DNA of 64,000 nucleotides from Nemertoderma westbladi. Taxonomy: Eukaryota; Animalia; Xenacoelomorpha. Location: NCBI GenBank assembly GCA_032718475.1, contig JAUCBJ010000407.1:44884-108883 (forward strand), read 5' to 3'. The stretch's first letter is position 1. Each line of letters starts with the position of its first letter. The notes below the pieces were generated by a model that saw nothing but the letters and a program-made list of their open reading frames with translations, was not told where the DNA came from and did not search any database. The translations under genes and the position numbers were made by a program. Of this stretch, positions 12,461 through 25,578 are shown one piece after another.

Positions 12461-13258
12461 ATGGATAATTCTGTCGGTAGGCCTGCCGGTACTGCTGTGG
12501 CAGGAGTTAAGTTTTGTGAGGAAAGCAACGAACCGATTGGCTGCAAACATTATCAGCGTCTGTGCGGATTAATCTGTCCTCTGGGTAGTTGCGGGGTGGC
12601 CTACGTCTGCCGACTGTGCCACGACGAGGATCTAACAGACCATAGTCTCGACCGGCACAAAGTCTCCACTGTCATCTGCCTCAAATGTAAAACTCATCAG
12701 CCGGCAACTCTTGGCGAGTGTTCGCGTTGTCCGACTAGATTCGCCTCTTACTTTTGTGAAATTTGTCGTTTTTACGACAATCAGGATAAACAACAGTTCC
12801 ACTGCCCAGACTGCGGGATTTGTCGAGTTGGTGGTCGCGAAAACTACTTCCATTGCGATAAGTGCGGTATTTGCATCTCCAAATCCATGCGGGAACGCCA
12901 CAGATGCATCGATTCGGTATCTCGCAACGATTGTGCCGTATGTATGGACGATCTTCACTCTTCCACAACGGCGCTAGTGCAGAACAATTGCGGTCATATG
13001 ATCCACGACCTCTGCTTCAAATCAATGCTTTCTCACGGGAAGTTCGCTTGTCCCTTGTGCAATAAGTCTATGGTGGACATGGGTTCGTTTTGGGAGGAAT
13101 TGGACCGAGCGACGGCTAGCACACCAATGCCTGCTGAAGTCGTGGAATCAGTACGGATTCTTTGCAACGACTGCAATCGATTTGACAATGTGGAATTCCA
13201 TATATTTGGTTTAAAATGCCCTCATTGTGGTTCCTATAACACAACTAAAGAGAGTTAA
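12461..13258 (+). CDS. RCHY1: RING finger and CHY zinc finger E3 ubiquitin ligase (Pirh2)
   Basis: GCKHY..CRLCHD CHY finger, HCPDCGICRVGG CTCHY region, RING-H2 CAVC..CGHMIH..C..CPLC, C-terminal ILCNDC..KCPHCGSYNT zinc ribbon. Confidence 0.95.
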   Translation: MDNSVGRPAGTAVAGVKFCEESNEPIGCKHYQRLCGLICPLGSCGVAYVCRLCHDEDLTDHSLDRHKVSTVICLKCKTHQPATLGECSRCPTRFASYFCEICRFYDNQDKQQFHCPDCGICRVGGRENYFHCDKCGICISKSMRERHRCIDSVSRNDCAVCMDDLHSSTTALVQNNCGHMIHDLCFKSMLSHGKFACPLCNKSMVDMGSFWEELDRATASTPMPAEVVESVRILCNDCNRFDNVEFHIFGLKCPHCGSYNTTKES

Positions 13259-13587
13259 TTTTATGTGACTTAAAGTAAATAATTTTCTCACCAAGGCAAA
13301 TTTAAAAGTAGTAAACAATCTTTTAGATCAGGCAAGAATCAAGCAAGAACTATCTTTTGGTCATTTTTAGAATATTTTTAGCATTTTTTAATTATGTGGT
13401 AATTATCTGAAAATTTCATTTCATTATTAACACTAAGTTTGAATTTGTTAAACTTTTAGTGAGTGATACCTATTTTATTTTAGGAACATACAGACAAAAA
13501 AAGATATTAAATTCATACAATACGAATACCCCATTTCCTGGAATATATTGCCGCAATTCAGGTGACATGGTTTACTTTTATAACTAT

Positions 13588-13724
13588 ATTTATTACCCTG
13601 ATATTTTGTTATTTTTCCGGTTATTTTAACCCGAGGAACAGGAACTAGCCGAGGCGTAGCCGAGGCTTTCCTGTTCCGAGGGTTAAAATAACCGGAAAAA
13701 TAACAAAATATCAGGGTAATAAAT
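13588..13724. repeat. Long hairpin with a GCCGAGGCGTAGCCGAGGC centre, probably a terminus of a non-autonomous DNA element
   Basis: ATTTATTACCCTGATATTTTGTTATTTTTCCGGTTATTTTAACCC is a perfect 45-bp inverted repeat; adjacent 13727-13757 is mirrored at 15221-15251. Confidence 0.75.
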
Positions 13725-16583
13725 GTGTTGTTACCAACTAATCTCGGAAAAAATAACCAACTACATCATGTTTATATCAAGAAGCCACTATTAATTTACA
13801 ATATACCAAACCCATCCAGATACCCTAGATTTCTAAAAGGGTTTTGTTTGGGGGTAGAAATATAAAAATGGGGCTTGGAAATTTTGGGGGGAGACACTAA
13901 TTACAAATTAATAAATAACACGAGCGGCCAAGGCATAAAATAAATAAATAACATGAGCGGGCCTATGCCTAACAATTTCCCCCTGGCGGGTAAACTGGAA
14001 TAAAGTAAAAAAAACAAATAAATATAATAGATTAAATAATAAAGTAATATAAAATAAATGATGGAAAATACTAGAATTTATTTCCATTCCACAGTATGTA
14101 TAGGTAACACGATGATAGTGATGGGAGTCTACTCGGGACAGCTGAGAGCGTTACATCGTGTGGAATTGGGTGAGACACAATGTAGACAGAACCATTCGTG
14201 TGAGAATAGGTGAATGTAGGCTTACCATACTGTATACGATGTACCAATTTAACTTAAGAATAAACTTACGTCATTACAGTATATGAGAAAAAAGTAGAAC
14301 ATTTTGTTTCTCAATATTCTCTCAACCCTTTATTAACCTCGCTGAAGCTCGGTAAATAAAATGCCTCGAGAATAATGAAAAAAAGTTCTATTTTTTTCCC
14401 ATGTAATAAATAATTATTTATTCTTAAATTGTTACTTTTTCGCCCGAATTTAGACCAAAATCTGGAGAAAACATTTAACTTTTTTTCCTGGCGAAAAAAG
14501 TAAAATATAATATTTTTGGTGGAATTTCTTAAATTGTATTACCGTTGTACCGGTACCGTAGTTCTACAGCATTGTGCATGTGCAGTATGTAAACCTACGT
14601 TATTTACAACTGGTAGGTACAAGTCTGTCTGTCTGGTACGTTCGTCTTTACGGTAGAATCGTAGAAACTGTTGAGAATGGCATTCCTGCCATGATCAGGA
14701 TGCTGCTGTCCATAATTGTCAAATACCGAAAGTAAAAGATCTCTGAGTAGGCTGAGTTGAGTGTGCAATCTGAACTTGTAGTGTAGGCCTACCAGTACTG
14801 CATTTCCCGTTTAGTTTGCCAGTACCGGTACATTAAATTATTGCCCAATATGCTCTGTTCTGTAGGCGTACCGGTCAGGTAGGTTTTGTAGTTGCAAGGC
14901 AGTGATGTGATTGAGACCTTAAAGGAAGCTGTGGTACCACTACCGGTACTGTACGATGCATGCAGTCAGTCTACCTACAATCTGAACTGAAAACATACCA
15001 TAGGCCTACGATAGTCTTATTCTTATAACTTTCACTTTCACTCATGTTAGTAAAGGTAACCGGTACCGTAAGCTAACTACTGTATTCACAACACGGCAAA
15101 CAGGCATAAATATAATTTCAACATGCAGATTGCAGATACCGGAGTGTTGAAAAATAAATGTGTTATTTTTTCCTAGGACTAAAATAACACTATTTTTAGA
15201 TAGGTTATCATTGCGATTGTGTTATTTTTTCCGGGATTGGTTGGTAACAACTACAATTATTAAGGCAATTATGACTTGCATATGTTATTTATTGTTTGTC
15301 TGTCGGACTGATATGTCAGTCAACAAAACACACAATTATTGCTAAAAGTGCGTTTTTCTTAGAATTGTGTTTTGCCTCTAACCCCCTTTTTAGATACCCG
15401 TTCACAATTACATAATACTTGAACTGAATTAGGTTAATTGAAACGCTGAGTTGGGCTACTAAAATATTCAGCTAACACAACACAATCACCATTTACATAG
15501 TTTGTAAAAAAATTGTGAGATTGGCAAGTTAGGCCAAATTTTGTTTAAATTAAAAAGTGTGCTGCCTTGGATAATGGTTCCGGAGTTCTGACAAAATCCT
15601 AGGACTCAGACTCCAACGTAAAAAAAATAAATTTGACTCCGACGCCGACCAAAATTTTTCCAAAACTGAAAATATAAAAAATATTTTAAAATGTAATGAA
15701 TGACGCGGATAAATTTAACAATTATTGTCATAAAAAAACGTCCATTTTTGAATGAATAAAAAACATAATTTTGGTATAAATAACGCAAAATTTTACAGTC
15801 GAAGTACTGTATAGTTTTTTTTAAATTTTCTCTGGACTCCGACTCCAGCTATAAACATGGACTCCGGCACCGGCGGACTCAGACTCCGCATAAAGGCACT
15901 TCCTTGGAGTACTTTTTAATATAAATTTAAGAATATGATAACAAATTAACGCGATTAAAACATATACTTACTGTATAGTATAATATCGCTCGTACATAGA
16001 GGAGCATGATTAATAGTGTAGTAGCCATTTCAAGAATTATAACCTCTTTTGAAAAAGTGAAAAATACATGAAACTAACCGGATATCAGGAAGTGCAATCT
16101 GGTGCACCCCATCCACTATTATAAAAAAATTGCAAGATATTATAATATTATTATCAAATCTTATAACTTTATCATACTGTATCTTATCTTCTATGCCTTA
16201 TTATTCAAATACAGTACTTTTTATTATTTGCAGTTATTATATTTTAGTTGTTTTCATTTCATATATATTTGCGAAATTTGTTATAGAAATTGTAGATATA
16301 ATGTCGGCTAATAACCTCCATCTAAATATATCTTTATGATAAATTACCGATACCTTTTTCTGATGTCATTAAAATGATCATGAAAAACGAGAACCGTGAT
16401 AATTAAAAAGTGAATTGCGTAATATAAAGTCCTCATTATGAATGGATGAAGTTTTTGTGTCGTGCGTCCACGGAAATACGTCCACACAATATGTACACCC
16501 AATTATACACCTTGCCATGGCTTGCCTCATTTTGTAAACAGTTAAGCGTGGTTTAGTTTGTGGTCTGGGGGCTGTGCTAATTC

Positions 16584-17167
16584 GAGACAGGGGGGGGGGG
16601 GGGGGGGGAAACTGGACGCAAATAATGGTCTTCGCGAATTAATATGGACGCAATGAAAATTCATCCCTCTCCAGGGGAAATTGGACGCAAATAACAGATG
16701 ATTACTCTCAATAATAACACAGTTCGCTGTTCTATTGTGTTTAGTTTATTGTTTTGGTTAAAATATCGTGCCACTGTAACCTGCTCCTTTCCCTAAATTG
16801 AGAATTTAACATTGAGGCGGATATTAATTCGCCAAGGCGGGTTTTGCGTCGAGTTTCCCCCCTGTCTCTGAATTTTTATTACGTCCAGTTTCCCCCCTAT
16901 TTGGTTTGGCTAATTCAATACATCGAAGGTTGTATGGCCAGACCTTTCAACGCAACCATAATTTATTCCTCTCCAGGGGAAATTGGACGCAAATAACAGC
17001 TGATTACTCTAAAAAAATAGAATTGAATACCTATTCTATTGATTTTCGTTTATTGTTTTGGTTGGATTAACGTGCCACTGTAACCTGTTCCTTTTCCGAA
17101 ATTGATAAATTAACATTGAGACAAGCAATTAATTCACCGAGACAATTTCCCCCGACGCGCCCTGTCC
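16584..17167. mobile_element. MITE family A, two adjacent or partly duplicated copies in reverse orientation
   Basis: GAGACAGG(G)nAAACTGGACGCA...TGCGTCGAGTTTCCCCCCTGTCTC (16584-16868), plus a second core at ~16965-17167. Confidence 0.7.
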
Positions 17168-17786
17168 CCTGTGGTCCGTGCATAACTGTTCGAACCTAAC
17201 AGTTATGCATGCAGTATTCTTCGTGAAACCGTGACGGGGGGGGGGGGGGGGGGGAGCTTAGCTGGACGCAAGGCCGCATCTCCCCCGCATATTAATTTGC
17301 CGATTTGAGGAAGATCGCGAGTCATACTGTATGATATGTAGGAATGTAATTTAAGTGAATGGAGAGCTGATGAATATGGAGAGCTGATGTTTAAGTGAAT
17401 GAATTTAATGGAACGCATCTGTCAGAGAAGGAGAAGAAAGAAAAGTAATTATTGTTATCCCGTATATCGGCCATTATGATAAATACTAACAGTGGGCCTA
17501 TTGGCTGATTGGTATAATGCTCAACCACAAACCAGATGTTATTTTAAACGTGTTGTGTAAGCAGAGTATATCAGTTTATTATATCACAATGATTTAGCGA
17601 CTGAAATAAATTGTGCGGTACAGTTCGATCTGTTCTGCAGTACCTACCGTTACCGGTACGTTCTGCCCGCTCTGTCCAGTCAAATGATTCTAAACCAGTA
17701 ATATACGCTAGGCCTATTAATTGATGGCTAAGTACCGACGCTGAAGGCTTTTACTTTATTCGATGTGGATCTAACGAATATAAACT

Positions 17787-18635
17787 ATGTCTAAATCCAG
17801 TTGTACCGCTTTGATAATCCTGATTATACTACTGGTGTTTATTTTATTATCTGGTTTACGGATTCCAGATTACATTGTTAAAATACTCAAATCTATAGAG
17901 ACTCTGAATTATTGGCAAGGTGCTTGTTTGTTACTTTCTCTATATACGCTGGTTTCTTTCCCTATCGTCTGGGGTTACTCTCTGCTACCCGTGGCCTCGG
18001 GGTATTTATATGGACTCTATATCGGGATTATTCTAAACGTTCTCTGCGCTCTCTGCGGAGTCCTTGCGTCTCATCTTTGCATGAGATACCTCTGTCACAA
18101 CACTGTAATCACACGTATCCACAACATCGATTCTTTACAAACTGTAATGTTGGCTCTAAACGGCGACTATAGTTGGAAGGTTGTTGCTTTATTAAGATTA
18201 ACTCCTTTGCCCTTTGGCCTACAGAACGCCATATTTGCCGCGAGCAATATAAACAGTTTAGTTATGGCAACGGCTTCTTGCATCGGACTGCTACCTATGC
18301 AGATATTGAGTTCGTATATCGGGACTACAGTGAGATCGATGGAGGAAGTTATCGAACAGAAATCCAGCTCGAACTCGTTGTGGTTGCTAATGGGTTTCCA
18401 ACTAACTCTCTTGCTGATTCTCGGTTCGTATTTCTACCACCACGCCAACGTCCATCTCAATCTGGTGTTAGGCGAACCGCAACCCCGGTCAAGTAAAACA
18501 GTCCGGTCCGCTACACTACACAACTTCGCTATGACTACTTTTCGCATCGGCAGGCGGGGTTTCCGTAGATTCGCCGCCTGTCTATTCCCTCGTATTGACA
18601 ACGTGATAGTGCGCCCGCCGGCTTTTTCCGTCTAA
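17787..18635 (+). CDS. TMEM64: Transmembrane protein 64-like (DedA/VTT, SNARE-associated domain)
   Basis: Multiple hydrophobic helices; VSFPIVWGY..ASGYLYG and RLTPLPFGLQNAIFA..YIGTTVRSMEEV motifs characteristic of TMEM64. Confidence 0.88.
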   Translation: MSKSSCTALIILIILLVFILLSGLRIPDYIVKILKSIETLNYWQGACLLLSLYTLVSFPIVWGYSLLPVASGYLYGLYIGIILNVLCALCGVLASHLCMRYLCHNTVITRIHNIDSLQTVMLALNGDYSWKVVALLRLTPLPFGLQNAIFAASNINSLVMATASCIGLLPMQILSSYIGTTVRSMEEVIEQKSSSNSLWLLMGFQLTLLLILGSYFYHHANVHLNLVLGEPQPRSSKTVRSATLHNFAMTTFRIGRRGFRRFAACLFPRIDNVIVRPPAFSV

Positions 18636-19588
18636 CCAACCCGTCCCGTTAGAGTTATTTTTGCATTAAATAACGACATGTTTCTAACAATCTCTCGGGT
18701 TCATGGTGAATTCCTTAGTGTGGGAATGGAGTCGTTACGACTTTCGAAATCGGATCGAACGCGTTCACAATAGTGTTTGGCGGTGCAGTTCCAAAGCCTC
18801 TTAAAATTAGAAAAAATTTCGCACTGGTGTAGTCCTAAGCATTGTTTAGCGTTGGTACTTTCGTCTACCTCAGCGGTTGGGTAAATGAGAACCTAACTTT
18901 TTGTGGGAATATTAATAAACTTCAGTCGCATTCATTATAGTTAATTTGTCCCTAATTGTGTGTTTCTAATTATTTTTTACGTATAAATGTATTTCCATAC
19001 GGGTTAATATTCCTGAAGTACTCCTACAGCTTAAATCGTAAATATCTCAGGATTAGCTAAGACGACATGGATTCCTCATTTTTTGATTTAGCGGACATTC
19101 TTTTTTATTCAATTAACATCCAAAATATCGCGACGACCACCCACCTGCACCAAGCAAGGTGACTTCAATAAAGTGATCTACTGTATGTCCCCCAACCCAA
19201 TATATTAACTTTTTGGACATGTCCGCTAAATAAAAAAACAAGCATTTTCTGTCCTCTTAGGTGCTTCGTAGGATATAATATACTAACATTAAAAATATTA
19301 ATCTGGCGTGGAATATGAAGTCTCTTCCACAATGGGAATTACGTAATTAATACTTTACTTACTAAATTATGTGCCATATTGCTTATTTATTGATTACTAC
19401 TATCATCATTCAACATTATTATTTATTAAACAGTCTCATCTAGAATTCCGAATTCTAGCTGATGTCACACATTGCGATTTGGTTTAATATTTTGGTTCAG
19501 GTTAGTTCGTTGAGGCTACTAACTGAAAGGAACCTGCGAAAAAAGCAAGGCATACAACACCTAGGTTGTGTGCGTGGCTAATCGCACT

Positions 19589-22500
19589 GGTGTAGTCGCG
19601 TTACGGCTACTGTCGCGTTACGGCTAATTTTTTGGGAGATTAGCCGTAACGCGACTTTCAAAGTCGCTGTACGGCTACTCTAAAAGTCGCGTTACGGCTA
19701 ATCTATTGTCTTGGTTTTACATAGGGAATCATTATCAATATTATTCAATGTTGTTTAGTTTACGTTAAGATGAGCTCTGAAAAATGTAATGTAATAATGT
19801 TTTACAGCATGAGTGTATCCGGGGGGGGGGGGGGGGGGGGGGTTTCACCATCTTTCATACTGTATGTTCTTCGACAACCTCACATTCAATATAATATTGT
19901 ATTCTATGGTATTCTTAGTCACAGCCTCAAGCACAGGTACGGATTACAGCCAATAATAGCAGCCGAAGAAGCAATGAGTGGTTTTGTGGAACATATTCCA
20001 CTACTTCATATCGATGTTGTTAACCAACGCCTGGCTCGCTACCTGGACCATATGGCGTTCTGTTTGGGGACTGACAAGCAGGCAATGGCCGTCCTTCCAG
20101 CCGCCGATCACCCAGTTGAAAGTCCAGCTGCATTGGGAGGGGGTGGTGATTCCGACTGGCATGTTGGTGTAGTGAACCACCCCTTCGCGGCCGAACCATT
20201 GCTTCCCAACCCACCCCCGAACCACCCCTTCGCGGCCGAACCATTCCACCCCACCACCGAACCACCCCTTCGCGGCCAACCATTTCTTCCCAACCCACCT
20301 CCGAACCATCCCTTCGCGGCCGAACCATTTCTTCCCACCCTACAACCGAACCACCACTTCGCGGCCGAAACATTTCTTCCCACCCCACCACCGAACCACC
20401 ACTTCGCGGCCGAACCATTCCATCCCACCACCGAACCACCCTTCGCGGCCGAACCATTCCAACCAACTCCACCACCGAACCACCACTTCTCGGCCGAACC
20501 ATTCCATCCCACCACCGAACTACCCTTCGCGGCCGAACCATTCCATCCCACCACCGAACCACCACTTCGCGGCCGAACCATTCCATCCCACCACCGAACC
20601 ACCACTTCGCGGCCGAACCATTCCATCCCACCACCGAACCACCCTTCGCGGCCGAACCATTCCATTCCACCACCGAACCACCCTTCGCGGCCGAACCATT
20701 CCATCCCACCACCGAACCACCCCTTCGCGGCCGAACCATTTCTTTCCAACCCACCCCCGAACCACCCCTTCGCGGCCGAACCATTTCTTCCCATCCCACC
20801 ACCGAACCACCCCTTCGCGGCTGAACCATTTCTTCCCACCCCACCAGCACTTCGCGGCCGAACCATTCCATCCCACCACCCTTCGCGGCCGAACCATTCC
20901 ATCCCACCACCGAACCACCCTTCGCGGCCGAACCATTCCAACCAATTCAACCACCGAACCACCACTTCTCGGCCGAACCATTCCATCCCACCACCGAACT
21001 ACCCTTCGCGGCCGAACCATTCCATCCCACCACCGAACCACCACTTCGCGGCCGAACCATTCCATCCCACCCCCGAACCACCCTTCGCGGCCGAACCATT
21101 CCATTCCACCACCGAACCACCCTTCGCGGCCGAACCATTCCATTCCACCACCGAACCACCCTTCGCGGCCGAACCATTCCATCCCACCACCGAACCACCC
21201 CTTCGCGGCCGAACCATTTCTTTCCAACCCACCCCCGAACCACCCCTTCGCGGCCGAACCATTTCTTCCCATCCCACCACCGAACCACCCTTCGCGGCCG
21301 AACCATTCCATTCCACCACCGAACCACCGTTCGCGGCCGAACCATTCCATCCCACCACCGAACCACCCCTTCGCGGCCGAACCATTTCTTCCCAACCCAC
21401 CCCCGAACCACCCATTCGCGGCCAACCATTTCTTCCCAACCCACCTCCGAACCACCCCTTCGCGGCTGAACCATTTCTTCCCACCCCACCAGCACTTCGC
21501 GGCCGAACCATTCCATCCCACCACCCTTCGCGGCCGAACCATTCCATCCCACCACCGAACCACCCTTCGCGGCCGAACCATTCCAACCAATTCAACCACC
21601 GAACCACCACTTCTCGGCCGAACCATTCCATCCCACCACCGAACTACCCTTCGCGGCCGAACCATTCCATCCCACCACCGAACCACCACTTCGCGGCCGA
21701 ACCATTCCATCCCACCACCGAACCACCACTTCGCGGCCGAACCATTCCATCCCACCACCGAACCACCCTTCGCGGCCGAACCATTCCATTCCACCACCGA
21801 ACCACCCTTCGCGGCCGAACCATTCCATCCCACCACCGAACCACCCCTTCGCGGCCGAACCATTTCTTTCCAACCCACCCCCGAACCACCCCTTCGCGGC
21901 CGAACCATTTCTTCCCATCCCACCACCGAACCACCCCTTCGCGGCTGAACCATTTCTTCCCACCCCACCAGCACTTCGCGGCCGAACCATTCCATCCCAC
22001 CACCCTTCGCGGCCGAACCATTCCATCCCACCACCGAACCACCCTTCGCGGCCGAACCATTCCAACCAATTCAACCACCGAACCACCACTTCTCGGCCGA
22101 ACCATTCCATCCCACCACCGAACTACCCTTCGCGGCCGAACCATTCCATCCCACCACCGAACCACCACTTCGCGGCCGAACCATTCCATCCCACCCCCGA
22201 ACCACCCTTCGCGGCCGAACCATTCCATTCCACCACCGAACCACCCTTCGCGGCCGAACCATTCCATTCCACCACCGAACCACCCTTCGCGGCCGAACCA
22301 TTCCATCCCACCACCGAACCACCCCTTCGCGGCCGAACCATTTCTTTCCAACCCACCCCCGAACCACCCCTTCGCGGCCGAACCATTTCTTCCCATCCCA
22401 CCACCGAACCACCCTTCGCGGCCGAACCATTCCATTCCACCACCGAACCACCGTTCGCGGCCGAACCATTCCATCCCACCACCGAACCACCCCTTCGCGG

Positions 22501-24663
22501 CCGAACCATTTCTTCCCAACCCACCCCCGAACCACCCATTCGCGGCCAACCATTTCTTCCCAACCCACCTCCGAACCACCCCTTCGCGGCTGAACCATTT
22601 CTTCCCACCCCACCAGCACTTCGCGGCCGAACCATTCCATCCCACCACCCTTCGCGGCCGAACCATTCCATCCCACCACCGAACCACCCCTTCGTGGCCG
22701 AACCATTTCTTCCCAACCCACCCCCGAACCACCCATTCGCGGCCGAACCATTTCTTCCCATCCCACAACCAAACCACGACTTCGCGGCCGAACCATTCCA
22801 TCCCACCACCGAACCACCCTTCGCGGCCGAACCATTCCATCCCACCACCGAACCACCCTTCGCGGCCGAACCATTCCATCCCACCACCGAACCACCCCTT
22901 CGCGGCCGAACAATTTCTTCCCAACCCACCCCCGAACCACCCATTTGCGGCCGAACCATTTCTTCCCACCCCACAACCAAACCACCACTTCGCGGCCGAA
23001 CCATTCCATTCCACCACCGAACCACCCTTCGCGGCCGAACCATTCCATCCCACCACCGAACCACCCCTCCGTCGCCGAACCATTTCTTTCCAACCCACCC
23101 CCGAACCACCCCTTCGCGGCCGAACAATTTCTTCCCACCCCACCACCAAACCACCCTTTCGCGGCTGAACCATTTCTTCCAACCCCACCAGCACATCGCG
23201 GCCGAACCATTCCATCCCACCACCGAACCACCCTTCGCGACCGAACCATTCCATTCCACCACCGAACCACCCTTCGCGGCCGAACCATTCCATCCCACCA
23301 CCGAACCACCCCTTCGCGGCCGAACCATTTCTTTCCAACCCACCCCCGAACCACCCCTTCGCGGCCGAACCATTTCTTCCCATCCCACCACCGAACCACC
23401 CCTTCGCGGCTGAACCATTTCTTCCCACCCCACCAGCACTTCGCGGCCGAACCATTCCATCCCACCACCCTTCGCGGCCGAACCATTCCATCCCGCCACC
23501 GAACCACCCCTTCGTGGCCGAACCATTTCTTCCCAACCCACCCCCGAACCACCCATTCGCGGCCGAACCATTTCTTCCCATCCCACAACCAAACCACGAC
23601 TTCGCGGCCGAACCATTCCATCCCACCACCGAACTACCCTTCGCGGCCGAACCATTCCATCCCACCACCGAACCACCCCTCCGTCGCCGAACCATTTCTT
23701 TCCAACCCACCCCCGAACCACCCCTTCGCGGCCGAACCATTTCTTCCCACCCCACCACCAAACCACCCTTTCGCGGCTGAACCATTTCTTCCAACCCCAC
23801 CAGCACTTCGCGGCCGAACCATTCCATCCCACCACCGAACCACCCTTCGCGGCCGAACCATTCCATCCCACCGCCGAACCACCCCTTCGCGGCCGAACCA
23901 TTTCTTTCCAACCCACCCCCGAACCACCCCTTCGCGGCCGAACCATTTCTTCCCACCCCACCACCGAACCACCCTTTCGCGGCTGAACCATTTCTTCCAA
24001 CCCCACCAGCACTTCGCGGCCGAACCATTCCATCCCACCAACGAACCACCCTTCGCGGCCGAACCATTCCATCCCACCACCGAACCACCCCTTCGCGGCC
24101 GAACCATTTCTTCCCAACCCACCCCCGAACCACCCATTCGCGGCCAACCATTTCTTCCCAACCCACCTCCGAACCACCCCTTCGCGGCGAACCATTTCTT
24201 CCCACCCCACCACCGAACCACCACTTCGCGGCCGAACCATTTCTTCCCACCCCACCACCGAACCACCCCTCCGTCGCCGAACTATTCCAACCCACCCCAC
24301 CACCGAACCAATTGCCATACGCGGACGATGACTGGCTAATTGAAGAGCTTTAGTTTTAGATATTTTTGATTTAATTATTATAATGATAAATTCAAAGTGC
24401 AATATTTCGGCAAAATACTAATATACTTTCGAGCAATTTACCTATATGGTACTATGTGCTGTGTGGTACTCCATACAACAAAAATAATACAATAATTAAT
24501 AAATTGCGTTTTTTAGTTAAATAATGATTCCCTATGTAAAACCAAGACAATAGATTAGCCGTAACGCGACTTTTAAAGTCGCGTTACGGACTTACGGCTA
24601 CTCTGAAATTTAGCCCTAACGCAACTTTCCGTAACGCGACATTAGCCGTACCGCCACTGCGCC
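19589..24663. mobile_element. Non-autonomous TIR element (Merlin-like ends) carrying a 4.1-kb GC-rich minisatellite
   Basis: Exact 8-bp TSD ATCGCACT (19581/24664); GG...CC termini; ~150-bp inverted arms built of GTCGCGTTACGGCTA subrepeats (19681-19735 mirrored at 24521-24575). Confidence 0.88.
20174..24310. repeat. Minisatellite with 37-42-bp units and higher-order duplications
   Basis: Unit CGAACCACCC(C)TTCGCGGCCGAACCATT(CCATCCCACCAC|TCTTCCCAACCCACCCC); variant blocks recur at 1124-bp (479+645) and 820-bp offsets. Confidence 0.95.
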
Positions 24664-25072
24664 ATCGCACTAGCGCATTAATGATGCTAGCTTACTATCA
24701 CAAAACCTTGAACGATCCAGGCTCGCAAGAATTTTTATATAATACGATATTGGGGCGTTATACTATTTGTTGTTTGAGTATAAATAGTTGAACATGGTGC
24801 ACTGAATCGAGCCTCGGCTAGCGTGGTCTATATTTTACTAAAACTATTATTTATTACTTTTATTTAATCGGAACGTAGCCCATTGTTCTTGCAACAATTA
24901 CGGTAATAGTGTGTTCCAACAGTCCCAAAGCACTGAGTCAGCGCAACCATTATAACAAGCAATAATAAGAGAGTTGTCAGATTTCGATGTACGATTCATC
25001 AAGGAGTAAATAACTCAAAGGTATTTATTAATGCGATTTTAGACAAACATGGTGACACCTGTGTTAATATGT

Positions 25073-25330
25073 GAGACACAGGAGGGGGGGGGGGGGGGGG
25101 GGGGGACTGGACGCAAATCCCATCTTGGCGAATTAATATCCCACCTCAATGTTAAATTCTCAATTTAGGGAAAGGAACAGGTTACAGTGGCACGTTATTT
25201 TAACCAAAACAATAAACTAAGCACAATTGAACAGGTTAGTTTTATTTGCGTCAATATTTCCCTTGGATAGGGATGAATTTTTATTGCGTCCAGTACCCCC
25301 CCCCCCCCCCCCCCCCCCCCCACCTATCTG
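25073..25330. mobile_element. MITE family A copy with expanded G and C homopolymers
   Basis: G-run+ACTGGACGCAAAT...TTGCGTCCAGT+C-run inverted ends; family core in the middle. Confidence 0.75.
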
Positions 25331-25578
25331 TGAAATGTATAGGGCCTAAATAAAATACCTGTACGATCTCTGCCTTGTGATCATATACTCAGCAAATTCT
25401 CGTTTTGCAATAAATATAATTCATCGGAAGTAAATTCCTGCAATATAATTATTTCATATTCATGTTCGTATCGAAATATCCAGAAGAAATTCAGGTTTTA
25501 CTTTAAATAAACCAGTCTGTCAATCAATACATGTACAGTCTACAACTAGGATCGGCATGCTGCATTGCAGCTGCATTT

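Noticed and set aside
20020-20190. LARYLDHM and VVNHPF peptides resembling Merlin transposase motifs
   Set aside because: Wrong order, no catalytic DDE context, too short to support homology
20174-24310. CRISPR-like appearance (palindromic repeat with variable intervening sequence)
   Set aside because: Intervening segments are short recurrent variants, not unique spacers; eukaryotic context; no cas genes
19770-24402. Long Pro/His-rich and Gly/Trp-rich ORFs on both strands (up to 1132 aa)
   Set aside because: Products of a stop-poor minisatellite with unit lengths often not multiples of three; open in most frames; enclosed by TIRs and a TSD
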